Notes: generated from the letters alone by a model not told the origin. Numbered from the whole stretch's first letter, positions 36,327 to 48,319 are shown. The stretch is DNA of 60,035 bases, filler included, from Rhizaria sp. SCN 62-66 (GCA_001724265.1; 5 parts of 5 records of this genome joined end to end with filler, not necessarily neighbours in it), one strand, 5' to 3'. Program-made: numbers and translations.

Positions 36327-37502
36327 ATGTCCTCGTCCCCCGCGGACGCCGCGTCCGCCGACGCCCATTGGTTTGGCGCGCATGCGTCCCACGCGATGCT
36401 GCACGGCCCCGACCTTGACAGCAATCTGCGCGTGCCCACCCCGCCGACGCCCGAGACGCTGCCAGTATCGAGCGCTTGGCCGGACGATTTTGCAGCGACA
36501 ACATCTGCCGACGGCACCACGGCGCGCCGCGTGTCTTTCCCGCCGTCTTCGCCCTCCGACGCGCTCGCCGCCGAGCTTGGCGCCGCGCCGGCAGCCGTTC
36601 CCGCGGCCGACCGCTCTAAGGACGAGGAAGCCGCGCTCCGCCTGGCCGCGCGGCAGCAACTCGCCGCCGCGCTCAACGACGGGTTATACTTCTCGCAGGC
36701 AACCGCTGGCATTCCGCGCGGCGTCTACCTGCTCCCCCCGTCGGCCTCCGCAGCCGCGGCCGCCAACGCCGCCTCTCTGGCGGGCGGATCGGGTCCCGGA
36801 CACAGCCACCGCGCTGCCGCAGGCACTGGCCATGGCTCTGGCTCTGGCACTGGCTCTGGTGCAATAACTGCGACGCATGCGGGGGTGTTCGCGATGGGCT
36901 CGACATACAACAACCGTCACCTGCTGGCCGCTGCTGGCGGCGGCGCTGCGGCGGGCCCCGCCACGGGCGCCAGCTCGCCCTGGGCCGTCACCACCGCAGG
37001 CGGCCTCGTCCACGGCGGCGGCAGCTCGATTAACGGCAACAACACCACAACTGGTAACAAGCGGTCTCAGTCGCCGCAGCGCGCCGCGAGCGCCCGCGCG
37101 GCCGTCGTAGCCGCGGGCGATGCTCTGCTTGCGCGGCCTTTCCCGCTGCGCTCGCCCGCGCTCGGCCCACCCACAGCACCCCCGTCAGCCGAGGTTTGCG
37201 CGTTCTCCGCCGCCGCCGCGGCCTCTGTGCGCGCCGCCGCGCTCGAGCGCCCGCGCACGCAGACACAGAGCAGTGTCAGCGGCCGCCACCGCCCGCGCTC
37301 GCGATCCCGGTCGCCGTCGCCATCGTCGTCCCCACGCAAGGCCGCTGCTGCCGCCGCCGCCGCTGCCGCCGCCGCCGCTGCAGAGGTTGAGGCGCAGGCG
37401 CAGGCGCAGGCGTTGTCAGCCGCGGCAGCGTCGGGGCTGCTGGCCGGTTTGGGGGCACACGCGCTCGCTGGCCACGTGTCCACCGCAGCGTCCACTGCGC
37501 AT

Positions 37503-37585
<83 letters not shown>

Positions 37586-40225
37586 CCGGCAGCAGCAGCG
37601 CATGGCGGCAACAGCGCCGAATTTGGCGAAGGCAGTGGGTCGCAGCCGCACACTGCGAGTAGCGCCCGCGCCGCCCGACGCTCTCGCGGCGCCAACAGCG
37701 GCGGCGGGGCTGCGGTGCAGAGTTGTGATGCGTGGACGCAGACGGCCCCGCAAGTGCCTGCCGCGCTCGGGACGGTCTCCGCGCTGCTCTCCCGCGTGTG
37801 CGACGCCACGGGCGCTTTGCACGCCCGCCTACTCGCGCTGCAAAGCACTGCCGCGCGGTCCGTCTCCCGCGGCCAGCTCGAGGGCGCGCTTGCTGCGCGG
37901 TTCCCTTCCCGCGACGCACTTGCCCTCGCGCTCGCCCGGCTTGTCCGCGCGGTCCGCACCGAGCACGACCACGACCACGACGGCGTCGCCGCGGCCGGGG
38001 CCGGCGCCGGCGCGTGCGCGACGAAGGCCGACCTCCTCCGCGCAGCGGCCTCGCGCGGCGGCAAGCGACAGGTGCGCGCTCTGCGCCGGGCGCTGATTGA
38101 AGTCAAGCGCCTCGTCGCCAGGGCCATCACTGGCGCCGGAGCGGGGGACCCGGCCGCGCTCGCATCTGCGGTCGCAGCGGCAGCTGTAAACACGGTCACA
38201 GCGGGCGGCAGCGCAAGTGGCAGCGCCGCGGGGGGGCAGGCCGCTGCGGCTGCGGGCTCGTCTGCACCCGGTTTGAGCGCTAGTGCTGCGATTGACGCGG
38301 CAGCAGCGCGTGGCAGCGACCCTGCGCACGGCGACGCGAGCGACCTCGAGCTGCTCAAGGCGCTTGTCCGCATTGGACTGAACCCGCGCGAGATCGCGTC
38401 GCTGGAGCTCGGCGTGCCTGGCGCCGGCAGCTGGGGCTCCCGCGGCGCGGGCGACGGCGACGAGGACGAGGACGAGGCCGAGCTTCGCGCCGCGGTCGAC
38501 GCCGCGCGCGCGGGCCGCGGCTCGGGCGACGGCGCCGGCGGGCCCGGCAGCCCGCACGGGGACGGGCGCCGCACGACGCTGCTGCAGCGGCTGTCGGCGC
38601 GCGGCGGCACGCTCGGCATACGCGGCGGGCCCAGCAGCGCGGCGGGGTCGCGGCGGCCCAGCGGTGCCGGACTGGGCAGTCCGCACGCCGGCGGCGGCGG
38701 CGGCGGCGGCTGGGGGCACGATGGATACGGCTCTATCAGCGCCGCCGCGCTCCAGGGCCCCGGCGGCGGCGGCGCGGCGGCGGGCGCTGCTGGCGCGGGC
38801 GCGGCGGCCGCCGGCAGCAGTGCTGATTACGCGGCGCTGCTGGCCCGCGTTGAGCGTGCTGAGACGGCGCTGGAGCTGTATCTGCGCTCGGCGCGGCTCG
38901 TGCAGACGCAGCAGGGCAAGCCGTTACTCGTCCGCGGTGGGCCAGACGCGTCCGGCACCGGTGGTGGCAAATCGACATCAGGGGCGCGGGCGGGGCGCGC
39001 GTCCCGCGACTCCACCTTGTTGTCGGCACTGACCCGCACCGGCACTGGCGCTGGCGCGGGGGCGGGCAACGCTCCCGCAAGTGGCAACACAGCCGGTCTG
39101 GTGAACGAGGGCGGGCTGTGGTACGCCGACCCCACGGGCGCGGTCGGGCAAACTCTCGCAGCGTTGATGCAGCTCATGCGGCGCCGCGCTGGCGCAGATA
39201 TGGCGCGTGTCGAAGCCGCGCTGGCCGTCGCACGCGAAGCGCACGCGCGGGACGCGGCGCGAGCAGGCGGGCTCGCTGCGCGCGTGCGCGGCGACCGCGC
39301 GGCGCTGGCCGCCGCGGTGCGCGCGCTGGCCACGTCGGAGCGCAGTCTCCAGGCGCTGGAGAAGCGGATGGGCGACATCGCGGGCGGGCCCGGCGCGGCC
39401 GCGACCGGCGACGCTATGGTGGCTGAGGCCGCGCGGCGCCACGACGCGCTGGCGGGTGAAGTCGAGGCACTGCTCGCGGAGGCACGCGGGCGTGCAGATG
39501 CGCAGCGGGCGCTGCTGCAGTCGCTGGGCGGCTCCGGCCGCGGGCTTGCTGACGCCGCTGTGCAGCTGCATGCGAAGCTCTCCGCCGTTGCGGGGCGCGC
39601 GAGGGACCTTGCCGCGGCTGCGGGCGACGAGGCCGCGCGCGACCGTGCGGAGACCGAGGCGCGGCTGGCTGCGCTGGAGCGCGCTGTCGCCGCCGCTGGC
39701 CGTGGCGCGCGCGAGGCGTCCGAGGGCGTTGGGTCTGCGGGGCAACGCGTTGACGCACTCGCGCTCGCGGTTGGCATGCAGCACGGTGGCGCGGGCGAAA
39801 CCTCGCTCGCCGCGCTCGGCCCTGGTGGTGTCGCGGGCGACGGCCGCTTGGGCGGCGGCGTCGGCGCGCTGCCGTGGGCCGCGGCGCTCGTGAGCGCGGT
39901 CAAGGAGGTTGAGGCGCTCGACACCGCGCGGCTTGCAGGCGCAATGGCTTCCGTGCCCGGTGCCGGGCCCGCTGGTGGGCCCATGCCGCTGACGCGCACG
40001 TAGGCCGCCACCACGGCCGCCGGGTGGAGCGCCGGGCCTGCTGCAGCCGGAAGTGCGCGCGGGAACGCGGGCCCAGGTGTCCACGCAGGCACGGATGCTG
40101 TAATGGGTGCGGGTCAGCAAGGCCAAGAACAGACACAAGGCCAGGGTCAGGGTTATAGCAGGCCCGGGACTGCTGGACCTGGCGCGACTGTGGGCTCCGT
40201 GATGAGGCGCTCGCGTATGTTGTAA
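36327..40225 (+). CDS. Large Ala/Gly-rich protein with a C-terminal coiled coil; frame changes within the (AAC)28 tract; in-frame TAG at 40001-40003
   Basis: The frame from ATG 36327 is coding-like up to the microsatellite. After it the CAA frame (ORF 37715-40003) is coding-like and continues 73 codons past the TAG to TAA at 40223-40225. Confidence 0.6.
37503..37586. repeat. Perfect (AAC)28 microsatellite
   Basis: 84 nt of uninterrupted AAC, counted from the sequence. Confidence 0.97.
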
Positions 40226-40704
40226 AGACACTGCGGCGCCGATCGATGATTCACATTTCTTAAATATTGTCCGTGATATTGAATACATGTCGCTTTATTA
40301 TACTGTTTCGACGATATGAGCAAGGTGTCAATCCAACTGTACATCCGTGTTTGACAGCGTTAATCTTTTTAGCAATGCAACTCGACTGAGGCTTGGGGGC
40401 ATGGGAAACAATATTTGTTATTTTCTTGGCTTAGATTAATAAATTAAAGGAACTATCACATATAAAGCTGCATATTTTCCTTTATTCTACATAAATTAAA
40501 ATTTATTTTTTATTTACGTATGTTTTTGAAAACTATAGTCTTGAGTTACATAGTCATACTAGTTGTTCATACCGCAAGCCTTGGCAAAAGTGATTACGCA
40601 TGTTTGCTTAATGTATTGTTAAATAAATGCTAAAAGCTAAATAAAGTCGAGGATAATAAAATAAAAACAGTGTAAGATGAGTGAACAATGATGATGATGT
40701 CAAA

Positions 40705-43700
40705 TCACTTCGTTTGATCCGCCGCATAGTGTGCCATGACAGCTTTACGGGCATCGAGCCACGCCGCACGGCCGTTCTCACGCCAAAGCGTCCATGCACG
40801 TTGTGCTTCAGCGGCCTGTCGCTCTGCACCGTCACGCAGTGCCTTGACCGTGCGCGTTTTGAGGTCTTCGTCGCGCGCATCGTACGCGTCCACTTCAAGT
40901 GCGTGCGCCAGGGCGGTCGCGCCGTCATGGTCGCACCGCGCTGCCGCCAGAGCGCGGCCAGCAGTCGCATCAACGCTCCACCCACATGTGGCGTCTGCGT
41001 TTGTGGCAGGGGCTGTTGTGTCGCACGCCCGTGGAAGACAGCGGCAAGCGCCGGCGAAAGCGGGTGCGGGAGCCAGCCAGCCCGCGGCAACAGACGGCGA
41101 CCGCGCCTCCGAAGCGCGCTCCCGGCGCTGCTCGGTCGTTGCGTCATCAGCTATCGCGTCAAACACTCTGCCATCAAGCAGGGCCGTTAGCAGCGCGGGC
41201 TCACGGTACGCCGCTGCGGCAGCCAGCATCGTGCGCCCATGCTCGTTGGCCGCCGCGGGGCCCGCAGCATGCAGCAGTGGCGCAGGAGGCACTGCCAGCG
41301 GCGACCACGGCGCTGTTGGAAGCTCAGTGGTCGATAAGACTGGCGTAATCGCATCTGAGACCGGCGCGGGCAGTGCGGTCTCACCAGCAGCAAAACTGCG
41401 TGGGACAATGCGCCGGCCCAAAAGATCGGTCCAGGTGCCGTCAGCCCAAAAGCATGACTCCTCGCTCGCAGTGGCGCAAGACTTTGGTGTGGCGTCTGCG
41501 GGCAGCGCCACGGTCCAATTCGCGTCAACAGCGAGGCCCCAAAGCGCACGGTCCACAACAGCGGCCGCGATGGCGTGCAGTGTACGCTTGCGTGCGGGTG
41601 GGACGATGAAGCTCTCGTGTCCGCCTGCTAATGCAACCGCCGCAAGCAACGAGTTTGCATCTCCATCCTGGAGCGTGACTGGTGCTGCGGGGAAACGCCA
41701 CACGCGGTAATCGCTGCCACTCTGAGCCCACGTACTGCTGATGCCGACAAGTGCAGACTCAGCAGTCAGTGCAATGGAGTCTTCAGTTGCAAGCAGTGCC
41801 GCGAGCAGAGGCTCGTCCTGGTTAAGCACCGCAATGTGCATCGGGGGCAATCCGGGTCCAAAGGAGCGCCACTAATCCACAGTCGTGTCCGTCAACACCA
41901 TGCCCACCGTCAGCGCTGCCGTTGGCAACAGTGCGCGCCGCTCTTGTTCCGTTAATGGGCTCGCACCATTTGCGGGTACTGGCGCTGCAAGATGATTCTC
42001 GAGCAGCTCGCGCATGCACTGCAGAGGTTCGGTGTTTAGAGTCTGGTGATCTCTACTCGAGGTGCCGTTTTCACCATCGCGCACATGATTACGACGCGAC
42101 TTGGCGTAGAGCACGGCAAATGTCTCGCCGTCGCCGCACACATGCCGCGCGTACAGCCCCTTGGCACGCGCCGCACGCAGTGCGCGCAGTGCACTGCCAT
42201 CGGCCCCCGGCACAGCGCATGCGCGCGCCACATTCGCATGCATTTGCGCAATCGCGCCGGGTGACAGTGCGAAGCCGTCCTGCGCCGCCAGCGCATTCAT
42301 CAGCACCGAGCTCGCGCTGGTGGCTGGCGCAACCGCGAGCGTTCCCTTGTGCGTGGCCACCGAGATGGTCGCGCGCGCAACGTCTTGTGCAAGGAGCACC
42401 AGACCGAAAGAGCCCGCAGCGGCTGCCAGATGCAGCGGGGCGCGCTGATCGAGGCCCGCGGTGGTTGAGAGCAGCGCTGCACTCGCGCCGGACCAGGCCC
42501 CCGCTGCTGTCAGTGGTGACGTGCTAAGGCGCTGGTTACGGAACCAGGCATCACCCACGTCCACGGGAGACCAGGATGAGAGGGGCGCGCCCGTCAACAG
42601 AGCAACCAGTGCACAGCGCTCCAGCGCGGCCGTCGAAGCCACCGTCGCAGTAGAGCCTTCCTCCCCGCGCCATAGCGCGTACACATGCTGAGACAGTGCA
42701 GCACCCGCAGTCGACTCAGCCTCAGTTACAGAGCCGGTCTGCGCAAGCGCGGCGGCGGCGAGCAACTCTCCGGCCAGTGCCTCATCGGCGTGGTAACACA
42801 GCCGGTGCAGCAGCGTCAGTCCGCCCGCTGCGCGCGCCATGAGTCCGCCGGGCTGTGCACAGTCGCGTTGACCGTCGCGAGCGCAGTGCAGAGTCTCCGC
42901 GGCCGTGGCGGCGGCGATGGCGGCGAGCGTGGCGGCCGCGGGCGCCTGTGCAACGTTGTCGCAGGGCGCGCGGCACCGCGGACCGGGGGCGCTGCCGGAG
43001 CTGGTGCCCAGGCTCAGCAATGGCGTGCGGCCGCGCGCGCAGCAGTGCGACAGCGTGGGAAACAACGCTGCACTGGGGCCGCCGTGGGCACACACTGCAC
43101 GCACCGCTGGCAGCGCTGCACAGGCTGCGGGCGCCACAGGCTCAGCGCAACATAAAAGCAGCGGGGCAAGTGCACGGAGCGCACCGACGCGGCAGGCTGC
43201 AGCGGCAGCGTGCAAGGGCGTCGCGCCCGCAAAGAACGATGTCAGCCCCGTGGGCAGCGGCGCGCGGGGCGCGGCGGCTAAATTCGCCATGGCACTGTCG
43301 TTGATAAGCGGGTCACAAGAGCGCGGGGGTGGCAGCAGAGCTGGGGGCCACCAGAGCATGCGCCTCGCAGTCGCAGCGCTGGTTTCTGGATATAAGCTGG
43401 CGGTGAGAGTGACGGGGCGGGCGATGAGCGCCAGCAGCGCGGCAGCAAGCGCGAGGCGGCCGCGCGCAACAGCCGCAGCGACAATACACTCGCCATCTGC
43501 CACTGGAAGCGCGAACGACACCGGCGGGCGCGATGGATACTGCGGCCGCTGCGACTGCAACGGGTTTGAGGGCGACGTGTGGCCATCTTGCCAAAGCGCG
43601 GCTGTGGCCCCAGAGCGCAGCAGCAGCGCAACAAGGCGCACACAGCGGCGCTCTTTGCGCGACAACGGCAAGGTACGCAGCCATGCCACAGTGGCCGCAG

Positions 43701-45210
43701 TATGTGAGTGGACATTTGGGCGCGATTGACACAGCAAGACATCGGTGGCGCCGGGGGGCCACAAAGTCGAGGACGACGTCGTATCGCACGGACAGCGCAC
43801 TGTAGCACTTGCTGTTGCAGGCGCGGTAGTGCTACAAGTGCTTGCAATGTTGGCCACATGTGCGGCAACTGCGGCTGCAGCCGTGGCAGCAGCTGTGGCT
43901 TTGCCAGTCGCAGATGCGCACCGACGCCTCGACTGCGGAGCAGAGCCCAGCGGTGGGAGGAGCGACTGCAGCAACCACGGATCACTGTTGTCGCCATCGT
44001 CGTCCCCGTCGTTGTTGTCGCCGCCGTGATCGTGGTCGTCGTATGCTTCGTCGTCGGTCTCAGCGCCAGCGTCAACCCACGCATCGCCAGCGTTGATCTC
44101 GCGTGGACTCTAGTCAGAATATGCCGTTTGTGCCAAAAGTGCGGCGGCAACGGAGCCCATCGCTTTCTCGTCAGCGCCGTTGATTTCGCTCTCAGCAACA
44201 GAAGATGCAAGGTTCCCCGCCGCAGACACTGGCGGCGCAGCGCAAGCGCGTGTGTCGGTGCGCAACGCGCGTAGCGGAGCCAGACACGCGCCCAGCGCAG
44301 TCGTCCACTCGCTCGCTGCTGACAGCGGCAGCGGCGCTGCAGAGCTCAGGACGCCGGATTCACTCTCAGCATGTGCGGTGGAGTGTGCAGGAGCTGAGGA
44401 CGTCACGGACAACTGCGCCGCCACAATCTGTGTTCCCGTAGCCTCCGTCGTCGTCATAGCAGCGCCGATGTGGCTGGCGCTGGCGTGGCAGCTGTCTTCG
44501 CAGGGTCGCATATGCACGGGATACGCAGTTACAGCGACCGCGGCCTCGGGCGCCGTGCCAGGGCCTGCGAGGCGCATGTCAGGGTCCGCGCCTAGCGCCA
44601 ACAGCGCCGCCGCGGTGCGCGCGCGGCCGGCAAAGCAGGCGGTGTAGAGCGGTGACCGCGCGGGAGAGATGAGCAGGTCCGTGCAGAGAGGGTAAAACAG
44701 GTACTTGCCGCTCGATACAGACGTCGACTAGCTCCTCTGTGCCTGGCCGTGAGACAATGAGACGGAAGCGCGCACAAGCAACGGGTGCGGGACGCCGTCG
44801 ACGCGCGCGCCGCCCTCCTTGACGAGGACTGTGAGCGCTGCCGAGGCGGCGCGTTCGTGCGGAATGGCAGCCCAAGTTGACAGCACGCAGAGGTCGGAGC
44901 ACGTCTCCACGGCATCGGGGTCGGCGCCCGCCGCAAGCATCGCGCGCAGCAGCGTCAACAGCTGCGACACAGTCTCTTCGCGCCCAGCATTCAATGAGTC
45001 AACAGCAGTGGCGTCAAAAATGGCGTCTGACGCGGAGTGCGGATGCGAACATGATCGAGCAAGCAGCATCAGCGGGGACGTGTCCGTAGCCGCTGAGGCG
45101 GGAATGTAGTTCGGGTCAGCGCCGCGAAAAAGCAAGTCCGCCGCAAGGGATAGGTCGCCTAAAGCGCACGCCGCGTGAAACGCCCTGGACAAGGCAGCAA
45201 CGTCGTCCAT
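40705..45210 (-). CDS. Ankyrin-repeat protein (about 1500 aa) with three in-frame TAGs (44728-44730, 44110-44112, 41872-41874)
   Basis: Four track ORFs (44728-45294, 44110-44601, 41872-43974, 40705-41850) share one frame and are separated only by TAG. Ankyrin-like motifs are spread along the whole length (AFHAACALGDLSLAADLLFRGADPN, SPLYTACFAGRARTAAALLALGADPD, TPLHAAAAAC, APLHLAAAAG, PPMHIAVLNQD). Ends in TGA. Confidence 0.78.
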
Positions 45211-46049
45211 TGCGCGCGGAGGGCTGAATCGAATGCAGTGAGAAGAGAGCAGATGTTTAAGAAGCCGACACAGGGGATACTGTGAGCTCAACAAAATCTA
45301 ATGAGCGGAACAGTAAGAAGTTAACAATTTCTATCCGAATTACGCAGTGGTATTGTCATTGACGGAGATACCATCGATATAATTCCTCATTAATAACGAC
45401 TGAGCGTTCAAATTCTAGACTGTTGCTAGTGGTCCAACGGGTCTGAAGAGTGTTTTGGTTCATTTTGTATTTCGATTATTGCTTGTTTGTTGCTATTTTT
45501 TGTTGATTTTTGTTTTTTTGTTGTTACATTTCTGATCTTGTTTGGTTTCTACATTGTACTCTCACGCCATTCCCAAGTTTGCCTCACAGTCAGCAAACAG
45601 TCGCACTTGGCCAACTCTCTGCAGCGCCACGACAACAACTCTGCCATGTCTGCGCTCCTAGTCATGCACCCGCACACCGGGAGCGCCCGTGTTACTATCT
45701 CTTTCTCTCTCTCTCTCTACTCTCTCTCTAGGTACTAGTTAGGAAAGCCGCATCACTCGCTCGTTCGCTCTATCGCTCATTCTCTCAATCGCAATCAACC
45801 AGTCAACTCAGTCTGCCAGTTACGCGCCCACAGCTGAGTCGCAATCAGTCGCTCGCTCACAACTCAGTCACGCGGCGCTCAGTCAATCACGCTCGCACTA
45901 GCAAGCTTTGTTTCGTTTCGCTTTGCTTTGCTTTGCACTGCGCTGCGAATCACGGCATTGCGCTACTGCGCATCATTGTGTGCTGTTGCACTGCGCTTCG
46001 CTTACACTGCACTGCGTTTAGCTTACACTGCGCTGGGCTTAGCTTACGC

Positions 46050-47195
46050 TTAGTCATCAGAGATCTTCTCGAACTTGGAAGTCTGCACCTTCTGGTTCAT
46101 CTTGGCGAGCGCAGACTGGAAGCGTTTCTGGTGGTCGAACCGGCACTCGTGCTCATCCGCGTACCTGTGCCGCCCGCAGAACACGTACCCGCAGCGGCAC
46201 TCGACGCCCGCCAGGTTGAGCTTGCGCTGGCACACGAAGCACCGGTCGCGGTGCTCCTGCACGGGACGCTTGCCCTTGTTCCACCGGTACACGGCCTGCG
46301 TCTTGACGAAGGCGTATCGCAGCCGCTCGCGCGGGGACCGCTTGAGGTAACCGGACCGCTGCGCCGCCGTCGTCTCCGCAGCAGCGGCGGCGGCGGCCTT
46401 GCGAGCCGACGGGGTGGCGGGGGTCGACGCGGCGGCCGCGGCCGCCGCCGCGGCCGCAGCGGCGTTCATCGACGTCTGCTTGTAGCACTTGGAGCACATG
46501 TTGCCCGTGCTGGCGTCGCCGAAGAAGCCGCAGCTCTTGACACACAGCGTGCGCTCAGCTGGAACAGGAGCCGCGCTCGACGCAGTGGTGCCGGCGCCAG
46601 CGCTCGCGGACGCCGCCGCAGCGACGGGCGCGGGGGCGGGGGCGGCGGCGGTCTCGGCGCCTGCGTTGACGAGCACGGTGGCGAGTGCGTCGAAGGTGGG
46701 CAGCGCGGGGGCGGTCTCGTCGACCGAGAGATACTGCTTGCCGTCGAGCGTGATCTCCTCGAAGCCCAGCACCTGCGCGAGCGCGAGCGCGCCGGGCACG
46801 TTGACGACAAACTTCTTGAGGATGATGTTATCGAGGCGCAGCTGGCGCAGCTTCTTGTCACCCGGCTTGGCGGCGATGGCGCTGAGCATCTTCGCGATGG
46901 CCTTGGTGGAGCCGGTGAGTACGTCGCCCGCAGCGCCCGCCGCGCGCATGGCCGTCACGGCCGCGCGCACGCGGGCAGGGAACGAGTCGGGGTCCTCAGC
47001 CGCGGCGCCTGACGCCGAGTCCGTCGCAGTGGCCGCAGAGGCGGCGGCGTCGGTCGGAGTGGGGGTCGCGGAGGAGGAGGGCGCGGTGGACGAAGTTGTG
47101 GAGTTGGCGCCGCCTGTGGTGGCGTTGGGCGTGCCGCTGGGGGCGTCGGGACGGGGCGTGGGGGTGTCGTTGCCGTCGGACATTTGCACAGACAT
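46050..47195 (-). CDS. PUB domain + A20 zinc finger + AN1 zinc finger protein
   Basis: PUB-like KMLSAIAAKPGDKKLRQLRLDN...VPGALALAQVLGF; A20 LCVKSCGFFGDASTGNMCSKCYK; AN1 RCFVCQRKLNLAGVECRCGYVFCGRHRYADEHECRFD. Stop is TAA. Confidence 0.88.
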   Translation of the reverse strand: MSVQMSDGNDTPTPRPDAPSGTPNATTGGANSTTSSTAPSSSATPTPTDAAASAATATDSASGAAAEDPDSFPARVRAAVTAMRAAGAAGDVLTGSTKAIAKMLSAIAAKPGDKKLRQLRLDNIILKKFVVNVPGALALAQVLGFEEITLDGKQYLSVDETAPALPTFDALATVLVNAGAETAAAPAPAPVAAAASASAGAGTTASSAAPVPAERTLCVKSCGFFGDASTGNMCSKCYKQTSMNAAAAAAAAAAAASTPATPSARKAAAAAAAETTAAQRSGYLKRSPRERLRYAFVKTQAVYRWNKGKRPVQEHRDRCFVCQRKLNLAGVECRCGYVFCGRHRYADEHECRFDHQKRFQSALAKMNQKVQTSKFEKISDD

Positions 47196-48319
47196 CGTTG
47201 CGGCGGCGGCTCGGGGGGGAAGGCTACGGTGCCGGCGGGCTGAGGCTAGGGAACGAAACGGGGGGGGGTTGTAGTGTCTGCTGCTCAGAGAGCGAGAGAG
47301 CAGGTTAAGGGGGGAAGGGGGGAAAAGAAAATATAAAATCCAGAGCGGAGACAAGAGCTGCGTGACTGGTAAACCTGGCCGAGTGCTGCTTAGAGCGCTA
47401 AGGAGCGGCTGTAAGCGCGACAAACGCCGAGAGACAGGAAAGGGCGACGAGCGGTGAAACAAGGAGAGATGATATCGAAGAGGGAAAATAAGAGAAAGTC
47501 GAGGTTAGAAGGGGCAAATGGAAACACAAGCCGTGGATTCAGCAACAAAAAATATCGGGATTTTCTGTTATGGAGTACTTCATCGCGCTTGTTGCCAGCT
47601 AATGTGTCGTCCGCGTGTGAGCTACTGCAGGTCAAATGCCACGTCGCCGGGTACACAAGTGAAATAAGCTGGATGCGCCCCTTGCAAACCACATCAAGAC
47701 ACACGAGCACGCTCTGCATGTTTCGGCTGTCTCGGCAGGCGCAGAGAAGATGCGTATGCACCATCAGCAAACATGATCCACGTCTCCGACCGGAGGGAAG
47801 TGACAAACCCATGAAAGAGAGGTCGCGTCCCTCCGGATGTCAAGGTTATATACGCGCCCCCGCCGCGTTAATCAGGCCCATAAGCAGTGCAATGCAGTAG
47901 AACATAACATGCAAGTGTAGAACCAAAGACGAAACATGCTGCAACGCTGGTTGAGGGGCAAATATAGCAGTGGATGAGAATGGGGAAGCGCTGAAACGGA
48001 CCGATCCATTCGAGAACCTTCTCACCACCTTGAGTCCCGCCCTAACGCCCCCGCACGAGAACCGAAAAATTGCAACAAATCTTAAAACAACATGTTAATC
48101 CTTATGAAGAGTGCAGTGAATAGTAAAGACGAGGGGTTGGCGCTCCAGTGGCGATTCCTGCAAACTGCCCTGTCGAGGGCCACAGGGGAACGGTTTGTGG
48201 TGGCTTAGAGGTGACCGTGGCCAACAGAGTAATAAATGGTCATTTCAGGGGACAGATAGAGCAGATCAAGATGTTTAAACGAAAGTGGGTGTATGTAAAG
48301 AAGGAAAATGATCAACACT

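Noticed and set aside
40705-45210. Pseudogene, or pyrrolysine/selenocysteine insertion, as the explanation of the TAGs
   Set aside because: There are no frameshifts or TAA/TGA interruptions. Sec uses UGA, and Pyl is not known in eukaryotes; the TAG sites are in variable linkers of unrelated proteins. Pseudogenisation is disfavoured but not formally excluded.
45770-46049. Degenerate short repeats (CAGTC, CTTTG/CACTG pentamers) as a CRISPR-like or regulatory array
   Set aside because: Simple-sequence drift in a 3' UTR; no constant repeat with unique spacers and no cas genes.
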